DNA of 32,000 nucleotides from Longivirga aurantiaca (GTDB taxonomy: Bacteria > Actinomycetota > Actinomycetes > S36-B12 > CAIYMF01): contig NZ_JBHSTI010000008.1 in NCBI RefSeq assembly GCF_042660085.1, forward strand, positions 1,179,876-1,211,875. Reading direction: 5' to 3'. Position 1 is the stretch's first letter; every line of letters begins with the position of its first letter. The translations under genes were made by a program, and so were the position numbers. Shown piece by piece: positions 1-7,926 of the stretch. The notes beneath the pieces are model-generated. The model was not told where the DNA came from, did not search any database, and was given only the letters and a program-made list of their open reading frames with translations.

Positions 1-325
1 GCTCGAGCTGCGCCACCCGGCCGCGGTGTGGTTCGACCGCGCGGTGCTGCACTTCCTGACCGAGCCCGACGACGTGGCGGTGTACGCCGCCACGCTGCGC
101 GCGAGCCTCGCGCCGGGCGGGTGCGCCGTGATCGCGACGTTCGCCCCGGACGGGCCCGAGCAGTGCAGCGGGCTGCCCGTCCGGAGGTACGACGCCGAGG
201 GGCTCGTCGCAGCGCTCGAGGCGACGGACTGGGAGCGGGTGCTCGTCGAACGGCGGGTGCACCGCACGCCCTGGGGGAGCGAGCAGCCGTTCACCGTCGT
301 CATCCTGCGGAGCCCGGCCGGCTGA
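1..325 (+). CDS. Class I SAM-dependent methyltransferase, C-terminal fragment (5' end lies outside window)
   Basis: Frame-2 ORF is open from the window edge to TGA 323-325. Translation ...VWFDRAVLHFLTEPDDVAVYAATLRASLAPGGCAVIATFAPDGP... resembles the region after the SAM-binding motifs of Rossmann-fold methyltransferases. GC3 bias is strong. Confidence 0.7.
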   Translation, partial: LELRHPAAVWFDRAVLHFLTEPDDVAVYAATLRASLAPGGCAVIATFAPDGPEQCSGLPVRRYDAEGLVAALEATDWERVLVERRVHRTPWGSEQPFTVVILRSPAG

Positions 326-457
326 GCCCGTCGAACCCGCCTCGGTCCGGTCGCGACGTCACGACGCATCGGGCGCAGAGGCGCCGGTGCGGGGGCAGAT
401 CCTCCGAGGTTCGCTCGTTCGGGGATCGTCACCCGTTCGGCCCAGCGCAGGACTACC

Positions 458-1252
458 GTGCACGCATCCGACCACCGGTGCCCCGAGCCGAGACGTCCCT
501 CCCCGCTCGGGGCACCGGCGCGCGTGGCCGGGCAGGCGGGGGCCGAGGAGGTGCGGCTCGTGCTCGTGCTCGACGGTGGTGGCGAGCGCGTGCTCGTCTT
601 CCTCCCCGGCTTCATGACCGCTGCCGAGTCGTACGTCGAGGTGCTCACCCCGGTCGCCGACGCGGGGGTGACCGTGCTGGTGCCGCAGCTGTACCGCCGC
701 GGCGTCGGCGCGCTGGCGGGCCGGGTGCCGGTCAGCTCCGAGGCCTCGGCCGCCGCCGACCTCGTCCGGGTGACCGCGGCCGAGCGCGGCACCCCGCTCG
801 TGCACCTCGGCGGCCACTCCCGGGGCGGTCAGGCCGCGTGGCGCGCAGCCGCGCTGCTCGCGGCGGAGGGTCTTCCCGCCGGGCTCGTCGTCATCGATCC
901 CGTGGACGGCGCCGGCCGTCGTCCGACCGAGGCCGACGCCACCGCGGAGCCGGCCGCGTTCGACGTCCGCACGCTCGTGATCGGCGCCGGGCTCGGCGGC
1001 CGCTGCGCGCCGGAGGCGGTCAACCACGCGGTCTTCGCCGCGGCCGCACCCTTCGCCCAGCACGTCCTGGTCACCGGCATGGGTCACGTCGACCTGCTCG
1101 ACGACCGGCCGCGGGCGCTCGCCCGCCGGCTCTGCCCCGGTGGGCCGGACCCCGACAGCGCGCGCACGTCGGTGTCGGCCCTGCTCGTCGCGTTCCTCGC
1201 CGGGACGCCCCTGCCCGCGCTCGACGGCGCCGTCGAGGTGCTCCAGGCCTGA
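458..1252 (+). CDS. Alpha/beta hydrolase, chlorophyllase-like family
   Basis: 264-aa ORF from GTG 458. The true start is uncertain; other in-frame GTGs lie near 524 and 551. Motifs VLVFLPGF...VLVPQLY, nucleophile elbow GHSRGG, DPVDG and GHVDLLDD reproduce the Ser/Asp/His arrangement I associate with chlorophyllase-type (PF07224-like) hydrolases. Confidence 0.75.
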   Translation: MHASDHRCPEPRRPSPLGAPARVAGQAGAEEVRLVLVLDGGGERVLVFLPGFMTAAESYVEVLTPVADAGVTVLVPQLYRRGVGALAGRVPVSSEASAAADLVRVTAAERGTPLVHLGGHSRGGQAAWRAAALLAAEGLPAGLVVIDPVDGAGRRPTEADATAEPAAFDVRTLVIGAGLGGRCAPEAVNHAVFAAAAPFAQHVLVTGMGHVDLLDDRPRALARRLCPGGPDPDSARTSVSALLVAFLAGTPLPALDGAVEVLQA

Positions 1253-1336
1253 CCGCGCGGCACCGACCCGGCGCCATGGCGCGCATCGGCGTCGTGCGCC
1301 CCCTAGGTTGAAGCCACCATTCCGACGGGGAGGGGC

Positions 1337-3751
1337 GTGCATCCGGTGGAGCCCCGCAACCGCGCGTACAGCCCGCGCGGATCGCTCATGCTGTCGGCGC
1401 TCGACGTCCTCCCGGACGCGTCGATCATGGTCTTCGACACCGACCTCGTGTTCGTGGTCGTGCGCGGCGAGGCCCTGCTCGAGGCGGGGATGCAGCCGCA
1501 CGAGCTCGAGGAGCGGCCTGCGGCAGAGGCGCTCAACCCGTCCCGGTGGGCGTTCTACGAGCCGTTCTACCGCGCGGCGCTCGCCGGCGAGTCGTCGTCG
1601 CTCGAGGTGGGATCCCTGGCGGGCGACGGGCACCGGTACGTGGTCAACATCGGCCCGGTGCGCAACGACGCGGGCGACGTCATCGGCGGTGTGGCGATCG
1701 CCACGGACGTGTCCGACCACATGCGCCTGCGGGAGGCGCTCGAGGAGAGCGAGCACCGGTTCCGTCTTGTCGCCGAGAACTCCTCCGACGTCGTCCTGCG
1801 CGTGGACGACGACTGGGACATCGGCTGGGTGTCGCCGTCGGTGCGGGAGGTCCTCGGCTACGAGCCGGAGAAGATCCTGGGAGCTGGGCTGCCGGGGTTC
1901 CTCGTGCCGGAGTCCTGGGACTCGATCTCGGCGGCCTATGCCGCCTGGGACAAGAAGGAGCCCCTGCGGCACCTGCTGCAGGTGGTCGCGGCCGACGGCC
2001 GGGGTCGCTGGATGGAGGTGCTCGCGCGGTCGATCGTCCCGGAGGGATCGAGCCTGGCCTCCACCGTCGTCAACCTCCGCGACGTCGACGAGCAGGTGCA
2101 CGCTCAGCGCGCACTGGCGGACAGCGAGGAGCAGTTCCGGCTGGCGATGGAGCAGGCCGCCGTCGGCATGGCGCTGATCAACGAGGCCGGCGAGTTCATG
2201 GTGGTCAACCCGGCGCTGTCGCGGTTCCTCGGGTACGAGCCGGGTGAGCTGGTGGGCCGGTCCTTCCTCACCGTCACGCACCCGGCCGACCTCGAGTCGG
2301 GGCGTCAGGTCCACGAGGAGCTCGTGACCGGGAAGCGGCCGTCGTACTCGTTCCGCAAGCGCTACGTCCGCAAGGACGGCGCGGTGGTCTGGGCCGATCT
2401 CACCGTCGCCTCCGTGCACGACGCGCAGGGCACGTTCCGGCACAACGTCGCGCAGATGGCCGATGTGACGGCCGAGGTGGCCGCGCAGCAGGAGGCGCTG
2501 GAGTCGCAGCGTCTCTACCAGCTGCTCGCGGAGAACGCGTCCGACGTCGTCTACCTCGCCGACCGCAGCGGCGAGATCACGTGGGCGTCGCCCACCTTCC
2601 GCACCGTCCTGGGCATCGACCCGGTCGATGCCGTCGGGATGCGCACGGAGGACCTCGTGCACCCGGACGACGTCGGCATCGTGACGCGGCGTCGCCACGA
2701 GATCTACGACGGCGACGATGTGAACGTCGCGATCATCCGCTACCGCGGCGCAGCCGGCGACTACCGCGACATGTCGGTCACCGTGCACCGCATCCCCGGC
2801 GGCGGCGACGGCGTGCCCGCGTCCGCCGTGGTCGGGCTGCGCGACGTGACCGCCGAGCAGCGGGCGCTGCGCGAGCTCGCCCGCAGCGAGGAGCGGTTCC
2901 GCCTCGCGATGACGGCGGCCCCTGTCGGCATGGCGATCTCCAACCCGGACGGACGGTTCGTGCAGGTCAACGACGCCTTCTGCGCGCTGCTCGGCATCGC
3001 CGAGCACGAGGCGCTCGGTACGACGGTGACGGCGTTCCTCGCCCCCGAGGAGCGCGGGCTCGTCGAGGAGGTGATGCTGGCGCTGTCGGACGAGGGCCGG
3101 AGCACCTTCCGGCACCAGCACACGCTCGTCTCGGCGACTCGGCAGCTCTGGGTCGAGCACTCGGCCAGCGTGCTGCGCGACGAGGCGGGGGAGCCGATGT
3201 TCTACGTGCACCAGTTCGCCGACCACACCGAGGCGCACGAGCTGCGGCAGGACCTCGAGTACCGAGCCAGCCACGACGCGCTCACCGGCGTCGTCAACCG
3301 CGGCGAGCTGATGACCCAGCTGGAGCACAGCCTGCGACGCGGCCGCGGCGGCGCCGCGTGGCTCGGGGTGCTCTTCTGCGACATCGACAACCTCAAGCCG
3401 CTCAACGACGAGTTCGGCCACCACACCGGCGATGTCGCGATCCAGACCGTCGCCGAGCGGCTGAAGTCTGTCGTGCGCCTCGGCGACCTCGTGGCGCGCA
3501 TCGGCGGCGACGAGTTCGTGGTGCTGCTCGAGGGGCTGCGGAGCCGGGACGAGCTCGCGGTGATCGCGGAGAAGTGCCGCGCCGCCGTCGAGGGCCCTGT
3601 GGCCGTGGACGGCGAGACGATCCTCGTCAGCGTGAGCGTCGGAGCCGTGCTCGCTGGGCAGGACGAGACCGCCGACGAGGTGCTCGCCCGCGCCGACCAC
3701 GCGCTCCACCGGGCCAAGACCGGCGGCCGGCACCAGGTCGATCTCGACTAG
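1337..3751 (+). CDS. Multi-PAS (4-5 modules) sensor diguanylate cyclase (GGDEF domain)
   Basis: 804-aa ORF with GGGGAGGGG just upstream of GTG 1337 (ATG 1388 is an alternative start). PAS openings recur: SEHRFRLVAENSSD, SEEQFRLAMEQAAVG, QRLYQLLAENASD, SEERFRLAMTAAPVG. The C-terminal GGDEF domain has the active site GGDEF encoded at 3503-3517 and an RxxD I-site (RLGD) five residues upstream. No EAL or HD-GYP domain. Confidence 0.9.
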   Translation: MHPVEPRNRAYSPRGSLMLSALDVLPDASIMVFDTDLVFVVVRGEALLEAGMQPHELEERPAAEALNPSRWAFYEPFYRAALAGESSSLEVGSLAGDGHRYVVNIGPVRNDAGDVIGGVAIATDVSDHMRLREALEESEHRFRLVAENSSDVVLRVDDDWDIGWVSPSVREVLGYEPEKILGAGLPGFLVPESWDSISAAYAAWDKKEPLRHLLQVVAADGRGRWMEVLARSIVPEGSSLASTVVNLRDVDEQVHAQRALADSEEQFRLAMEQAAVGMALINEAGEFMVVNPALSRFLGYEPGELVGRSFLTVTHPADLESGRQVHEELVTGKRPSYSFRKRYVRKDGAVVWADLTVASVHDAQGTFRHNVAQMADVTAEVAAQQEALESQRLYQLLAENASDVVYLADRSGEITWASPTFRTVLGIDPVDAVGMRTEDLVHPDDVGIVTRRRHEIYDGDDVNVAIIRYRGAAGDYRDMSVTVHRIPGGGDGVPASAVVGLRDVTAEQRALRELARSEERFRLAMTAAPVGMAISNPDGRFVQVNDAFCALLGIAEHEALGTTVTAFLAPEERGLVEEVMLALSDEGRSTFRHQHTLVSATRQLWVEHSASVLRDEAGEPMFYVHQFADHTEAHELRQDLEYRASHDALTGVVNRGELMTQLEHSLRRGRGGAAWLGVLFCDIDNLKPLNDEFGHHTGDVAIQTVAERLKSVVRLGDLVARIGGDEFVVLLEGLRSRDELAVIAEKCRAAVEGPVAVDGETILVSVSVGAVLAGQDETADEVLARADHALHRAKTGGRHQVDLD

Positions 3752-3860
3752 GGCCCCGGCGTCCCAGCGGCTGTCGCTCACCCGCGCGCCCTGGCATGCA
3801 TCGCGTCACACCGAAGGGCAGCGCTGCCGTGGCGTCGGCCGCCGGTGCGACGATGACCGC

Positions 3861-4415
3861 ATGACCGCACCCGTGCTGCACGAGGGAGTCGTCACGCTGC
3901 GCCCGCCCAACCGGGACGACCGCGACACCCGCCAGAAGCACGGATGGTGGGCGGCGATCGAGCGCGGCTTCGGCCACGTCGAGCAGGATCGTCCGATGAC
4001 CGACGCCGAGGCCGACGCCTGGGTCGAGCACGTGCTCGCCGAGGCCACCGACACCTGGTGGGTGATCGAGGTCCAGGGCGAGGCCGCGGGGGTGGCGTTC
4101 CTGCACCGGTTCGAGCCCGAGCAGCGTCGGGCCCGCTACGCCGTCGGCCTCTTCCACCCCGAGCTCCTCGGCCGGGGCATCGGGACGGCCACCACCCGCG
4201 CCGTGCTGCGGCATGCCTTCGACGATCTCCGCCTGGCCGAGGTCGAGCTGCGCGTGCTCGAGATCAACGACGCCGCGGTGCGCTGCTACGAGAGGTGCGG
4301 CTTCCGCGTGACCGGCCGCGACGCCGACACCTGCGAGCTCCACGGCGAGCTGTACGACGACTTCATCATGACGGCGCACGCGGGCGGCTGGCCCGTGGCG
4401 CACCCGGCGACATGA
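3861..4415 (+). CDS. GNAT family N-acetyltransferase (RimJ/RimL-like)
   Basis: 184-aa ORF. LRPPNRDD opening, an acetyl-CoA binding-type segment LLGRGIGTATTRAVLRHAF, and the C-terminal NDAAVRCYERCGFRVTGR motif typical of Acetyltransf_3/GNAT proteins. High GC3. Confidence 0.85.
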   Translation: MTAPVLHEGVVTLRPPNRDDRDTRQKHGWWAAIERGFGHVEQDRPMTDAEADAWVEHVLAEATDTWWVIEVQGEAAGVAFLHRFEPEQRRARYAVGLFHPELLGRGIGTATTRAVLRHAFDDLRLAEVELRVLEINDAAVRCYERCGFRVTGRDADTCELHGELYDDFIMTAHAGGWPVAHPAT

Positions 4416-4519
4416 CCCGCTGGGTCTGCGAGCACTGCGGTCGGCAGGGCGAGGGCGACGACGACGCAGTCGACCGCATCCAGTGCCCCGACTGCGGGGA
4501 GCCGGTCGTCCCGCGCTGA
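4412..4519 (+). CDS. 35-aa zinc-ribbon micro-protein (CxxC...CxxC), translationally coupled to the GNAT gene
   Basis: ATG 4412-4414 overlaps the GNAT stop TGA 4413-4415 (ATGA junction). Translation is MTRWVCEHCGRQGEGDDDAVDRIQCPDCGEPVVPR, with two CxxC knuckles 17 residues apart. Nearly every third codon position is G or C, like the surrounding genes. It is the tail of track ORF 3944..4519, whose upstream part is out of frame to the GNAT gene. Confidence 0.55.
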   Translation: MTRWVCEHCGRQGEGDDDAVDRIQCPDCGEPVVPR

Positions 4520-4529
4520 GGGGTGTCGG

Positions 4530-4847
4530 CTACCAGCCGACGATGTTGTGCCACGCGGTGTAGAGCATGAAGCCGAACGCGACGGCCATCGCGATGCCGA
4601 CGAACGAGCGCCCCACGATGCCGAGCTGCAGACCGGACGTCGCGGCCTTCTTCGGCACCGCACGCGGGCGAGGCAGGGGCGTCAACACGGCGGGGCCGCC
4701 GACGACCCGGTCGAGGTCGCCGCCCGTGGTGTCGTACTGCGTCGGCACGGCCTCGGTGGGCTGCTGCAGGGTGCCGTTCGGGAGGATGCGCGACAGGTCG
4801 GAGGCGGCCCAGCCGCGGGCGGGGGAGTCCCCACGATCGGTGCTCAT
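4530..4847 (-). CDS. Small tail-anchored membrane protein, unknown function
   Basis: ATG at 4847 is preceded by GAGGA with 7-nt spacing (minus strand). The 105-aa protein has a polar N-terminal part and a single C-terminal hydrophobic helix (FVGIAMAVAFGFMLYTAW). GC3-rich. The track ORF start at 4889 lacks a ribosome-binding site. Confidence 0.6.
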   Translation of the reverse strand: MSTDRGDSPARGWAASDLSRILPNGTLQQPTEAVPTQYDTTGGDLDRVVGGPAVLTPLPRPRAVPKKAATSGLQLGIVGRSFVGIAMAVAFGFMLYTAWHNIVGW

Positions 4848-4881
4848 GTCCCAATCCTCGCACCGGAGCCTGCGCCGAGCC

Positions 4882-4943
4882 CGCCTCACGCACCGAAGTG
4901 CCCGAAAGTCGCTGTGGTTTCTGGCCGTTCGGTGCGTGAGGCG
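4882..4943 (-). repeat. 16-bp perfect inverted repeat with 30-nt spacer immediately after sbcC
   Basis: CGCCTCACGCACCGAA (4882-4897) pairs with TTCGGTGCGTGAGGCG (4928-4943). It ends 1 nt from the sbcC stop codon. No U-tract. Confidence 0.5.
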
Positions 4944-4944
4944 A

Positions 4945-7926
4945 TCAGGCGTGGAGGCGGATGTGCGACGGCCCCTGCGGGTCGGTGCGGCGTACCTCGA
5001 GGCGCTCGGTGATGCGGTCCTTCAGCTCGGCGACGTGCGACACGATCCCGACCATGCGGTTGTTGTTGCGCAACTCGTCGATGACCGTCATCACCTGGTC
5101 GAGGGTCTCGGGGTCGAGCGTGCCGAAGCCCTCGTCGATGAACAGCGTGTCGAGCTCGACACCGCCGGCCTCCGCGGTGACGACGTCGGCGAGACCGAGG
5201 GCCAGGGCGAGCGAGGTGTAGAAGGTCTCGCCGCCCGACAGCGACTTCGGGCTGCGGCTCTCGCCGGTGTGCCGGTCGACGACGCGCAGCGAGAGGCCGG
5301 TGCGCTCGACCTTCCTGTCCGACTCGTCGGTGCGCTCGAGCTCGTAGCGGCCGGCGCTCATCGTGGCGAGCCGCACGTTGGCCGCCTGCACGACCTGCTC
5401 GAACCAGCGACGCAGCACGTAGGTGGTGAGCGTCATGCGCATCGAGCCGCTCGTGCCGTTGGCGAGCCTCGCCAGCCGGGTGACCGCCGCCGTGCCGGTG
5501 ACGACCTCGGCGTGCATCGCCTCTGCCTGCTCGACCTTGGTGCGCGCCTCGACGAACCGCTGGTGCCGTAGGGCGGTGGTGGCCACCGACCCGGTCGACC
5601 GCGCGTGCCGGTCACCGGCCTCGTCGCGCGCGGCGCGGGCGGTCGCCAGCCTGGCCCCGACCTCCGCGAGGTCCACCGTGAGCACGTCCGCGAAGCGGGG
5701 ATCGGCAGCGGCGGCCTCGCTGGCGGCGAGCGCTCGCGACCAGTCGTCGACGGCAGCCTGCAGCGCGGCGATCTGGGCGGGTGTGCGCTGCGCCGCGCGG
5801 GCGGCGTCGAGGTCGGCGAACCCGGCCTCGGTCGCCTCTCCGGTGGCGGCCTCGAGGGCGGCATCGTGCTGCGCCGTGGCGAGCGCTGCGGCCGAGACGG
5901 CGGCCGCGGTGGCGCGCTCGTGCTCGGCCTGTGCTCGGAGAGCCTGCTGCCGCGCAGCCACGGTGGCGTGGTCGCCGCGTGCGGCCGCGACCTCCGCGGA
6001 GGCCTCCGCGAGCGCCCGTGCCCGGGCGTCGTGCGCGGCGGCGGCCTCGGCCAGCGCGGTGGTCTGCGTACCGACGGCGGCCTCGTGGCCCGCCAGCTCG
6101 GTGCGGAGCGACTGCACCTGGGCCTCGAGCCCACCGAGCTGCTCGGCGGCGGCGCGGATCTCCGCGAGCTCCGCCCGCCCGGCCGCCAGCTCTGCGCTGG
6201 CCGCCTCAGGAGTGGTGCCGGCTGAGGCCACCCCGAGCTCGGCCTGACGCAGGGCGAGGGTGTCGAGGTCGGACTGCGCTGCGGCCTCGGCCTGCTGCGC
6301 CTCGACGTACGCCGCCTCCGCGCTCGCGACGTCGTCGGCCGAGATCGCGTCGTCGGCGGGTCGCGCGGGTGAGGGATGGTCGGTGGCGCCGCAGACCGCG
6401 CAGGGCTGGCCCTCGACGAGACCGGCCGAGAGCACGGCGGCGATGCCGTCGAGGTGCCGGGTGCGCTGGTCGTTCCAGGCCTCGTGCGTGCGCAGGCGGG
6501 CCTCGCGGCTGCGGGCGACGGCTGCGGTGGCCGCCTCGATCCGGGGGAGCAGAGCGGCGAGGTCGCCGGCGGCCTTCCAGCGCATCTCGAGCCTCGCAAC
6601 CTCCGCCGCTGCCGCCTCCGCGCCGGCCGCCCGGAGCGCCGCCGCCTCGCGCGCGGCCACGGCGTCGGAGATCTGCTGCGGCAGAGCGAGCGTGGCAGCC
6701 CTGGCCGCCTCCAGCCGCGCGGCTGCGGCGTCGCGCTCGGCCGCCAGCCGGGCGACCTCCGCGGCCGCGGACGCGAGCTCGCGCTCGCGCACGACCAGGT
6801 GCTCGAGGCCGGCGGCCTCGGCGTCTCTGGCGCGGGCCCGGGCCTCGTGCACGTCGGATCCCTCGAGCGCCGTCGTGCCGGAGGAGGCGGTGAGCGACTC
6901 GAGGGCTGAGCGGGCGGTGGCGAGCCGCGTCGCCGCCGCCTCGAGGTCGTCGAGCCTCAGGCGCACCGGCACGGCTGCCTGGGCACCGGCGAGCTCGGCC
7001 GCCCGGGCCTCGTGCTCGGTGCGGGTGGCGCGGTGCTGCTCGGCAGCGGCTCGCGCCATCGCCAGGTCGTGCACCCGCCCCGACGTCTGCTCCAGGTCGG
7101 CGTGCTCCGCCGTGGCGATGTCCAGCGCCGCGCGGGCAGCCGTCTCCTCGGCCGTCGCTGCGGCGGACTCCCGGGCGAGGTGGTCGGCGATCGAGGCGAG
7201 CCGCGCGGGGCGCTCGGGTTCGGGCGAGCCGACGAGCGCGCGATCGTCGCCGGCGTCGATGCCCGCCGCCTCGTCGGCTGCCGCCAGGGCCTGTGCCACC
7301 GCCGCGGCTGCCGCCTCGCGCTGGCGTCCGGCCTCGGTGCGACGGCTCTCGAGCTCGCGCGTGACCCTGTCGTAGAGGCCGGTGCCGAAGATCTGGGTGA
7401 GCAGGGTGCGGCGCGTGTCGTCGTCGGCACGCAGGAACAGGGCGAACTCGCCCTGCGGCAGCAGCACGACCTTGGTGAACTGGTCGGGAGTGAGCCCGAC
7501 GCGGTTGCGGATCTCGGTGTTGGCCTCCTGGACGTGGCTGCTTACCGACGTCCAGCCGGCCGCCTCGAGGCGCTCGAGGTGCACGCTCGCCTTCTCGGCG
7601 GTGAAGCCCTCGCCGCGCTTCTTCGGGCGCTGGTGGTCGGGGACGCGGGTGATCCGCAGCCGCTCGCCTCCGACCGAGAGCTCGAGGACGACCTGCGGCA
7701 CCGCCTCGGGGGGCGCGAAGTGCGAGCGGAGCCGGTCGGTTGAGCTCTCGCTGCCCGCGGTGGCGCCGTACAGCGCGAAGGTGATCGCGTCGAGGATCGT
7801 CGACTTGCCCGCACCGGTGGGGCCCTCGAGCAGGAACAGCCCGCTCGCGGTGAGCGCGTCCATGTCGATCGTCTCGGTGCCGGCGAACGGCCCGAACGCC
7901 GTGATCTGCACGGAGTGCAGGCGCAT
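4945..7926 (-). CDS. sbcC: SbcC/Rad50-type exonuclease ATPase subunit
   Basis: 993 aa starting MRLHSVQITAFGPF. Walker A GPTGAGKST, a long Ala/Glu/Arg-rich coiled coil with zinc hook CAVCG, the C-terminal signature LSGGETFYTSLALALGL, and Walker B LFIDEGFGTLD. ATG 7926-7924 overlaps the sbcD stop (TGATG). The upstream 391 codons of track ORF 4945..9099 are out of frame to sbcD and are not part of the gene. Confidence 0.93.
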   Translation of the reverse strand: MRLHSVQITAFGPFAGTETIDMDALTASGLFLLEGPTGAGKSTILDAITFALYGATAGSESSTDRLRSHFAPPEAVPQVVLELSVGGERLRITRVPDHQRPKKRGEGFTAEKASVHLERLEAAGWTSVSSHVQEANTEIRNRVGLTPDQFTKVVLLPQGEFALFLRADDDTRRTLLTQIFGTGLYDRVTRELESRRTEAGRQREAAAAAVAQALAAADEAAGIDAGDDRALVGSPEPERPARLASIADHLARESAAATAEETAARAALDIATAEHADLEQTSGRVHDLAMARAAAEQHRATRTEHEARAAELAGAQAAVPVRLRLDDLEAAATRLATARSALESLTASSGTTALEGSDVHEARARARDAEAAGLEHLVVRERELASAAAEVARLAAERDAAAARLEAARAATLALPQQISDAVAAREAAALRAAGAEAAAAEVARLEMRWKAAGDLAALLPRIEAATAAVARSREARLRTHEAWNDQRTRHLDGIAAVLSAGLVEGQPCAVCGATDHPSPARPADDAISADDVASAEAAYVEAQQAEAAAQSDLDTLALRQAELGVASAGTTPEAASAELAAGRAELAEIRAAAEQLGGLEAQVQSLRTELAGHEAAVGTQTTALAEAAAAHDARARALAEASAEVAAARGDHATVAARQQALRAQAEHERATAAAVSAAALATAQHDAALEAATGEATEAGFADLDAARAAQRTPAQIAALQAAVDDWSRALAASEAAAADPRFADVLTVDLAEVGARLATARAARDEAGDRHARSTGSVATTALRHQRFVEARTKVEQAEAMHAEVVTGTAAVTRLARLANGTSGSMRMTLTTYVLRRWFEQVVQAANVRLATMSAGRYELERTDESDRKVERTGLSLRVVDRHTGESRSPKSLSGGETFYTSLALALGLADVVTAEAGGVELDTLFIDEGFGTLDPETLDQVMTVIDELRNNNRMVGIVSHVAELKDRITERLEVRRTDPQGPSHIRLHA

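Noticed and set aside
359-3781. 1140-aa minus-strand ORF, and the 427-aa plus-strand ORF 28..1311, overlapping the hydrolase and PAS-GGDEF genes
   Set aside because: The translations are Arg/Gly/Asp/His/Pro-rich low-complexity strings with no motifs. They run antisense or out of frame to genes with clear domain content. These are the typical long spurious ORFs of a stop-codon-poor, high-G+C genome.
3861-4519. GNAT plus small downstream protein as a GNAT-type toxin-antitoxin pair
   Set aside because: Known GNAT toxins (TacT, AtaT or KacT type) pair with an upstream RHH/DUF1778 antitoxin. Here the GNAT protein looks RimJ/RimL-like, the small partner is a downstream zinc ribbon, and nothing suggests mobility. 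It is retained only as a micro-protein finding.
5423-7743. Multiple overlapping ORFs on both strands inside sbcC (for example 5433..6599, 5781..6893, 6260..7375, 7012..7743)
   Set aside because: All are alternative frames of the Ala/Glu/Arg-rich coiled-coil region, and their products are Ala/Arg/Pro/Ser homopolymer-like. Only the sbcC frame carries ATPase and zinc-hook motifs.
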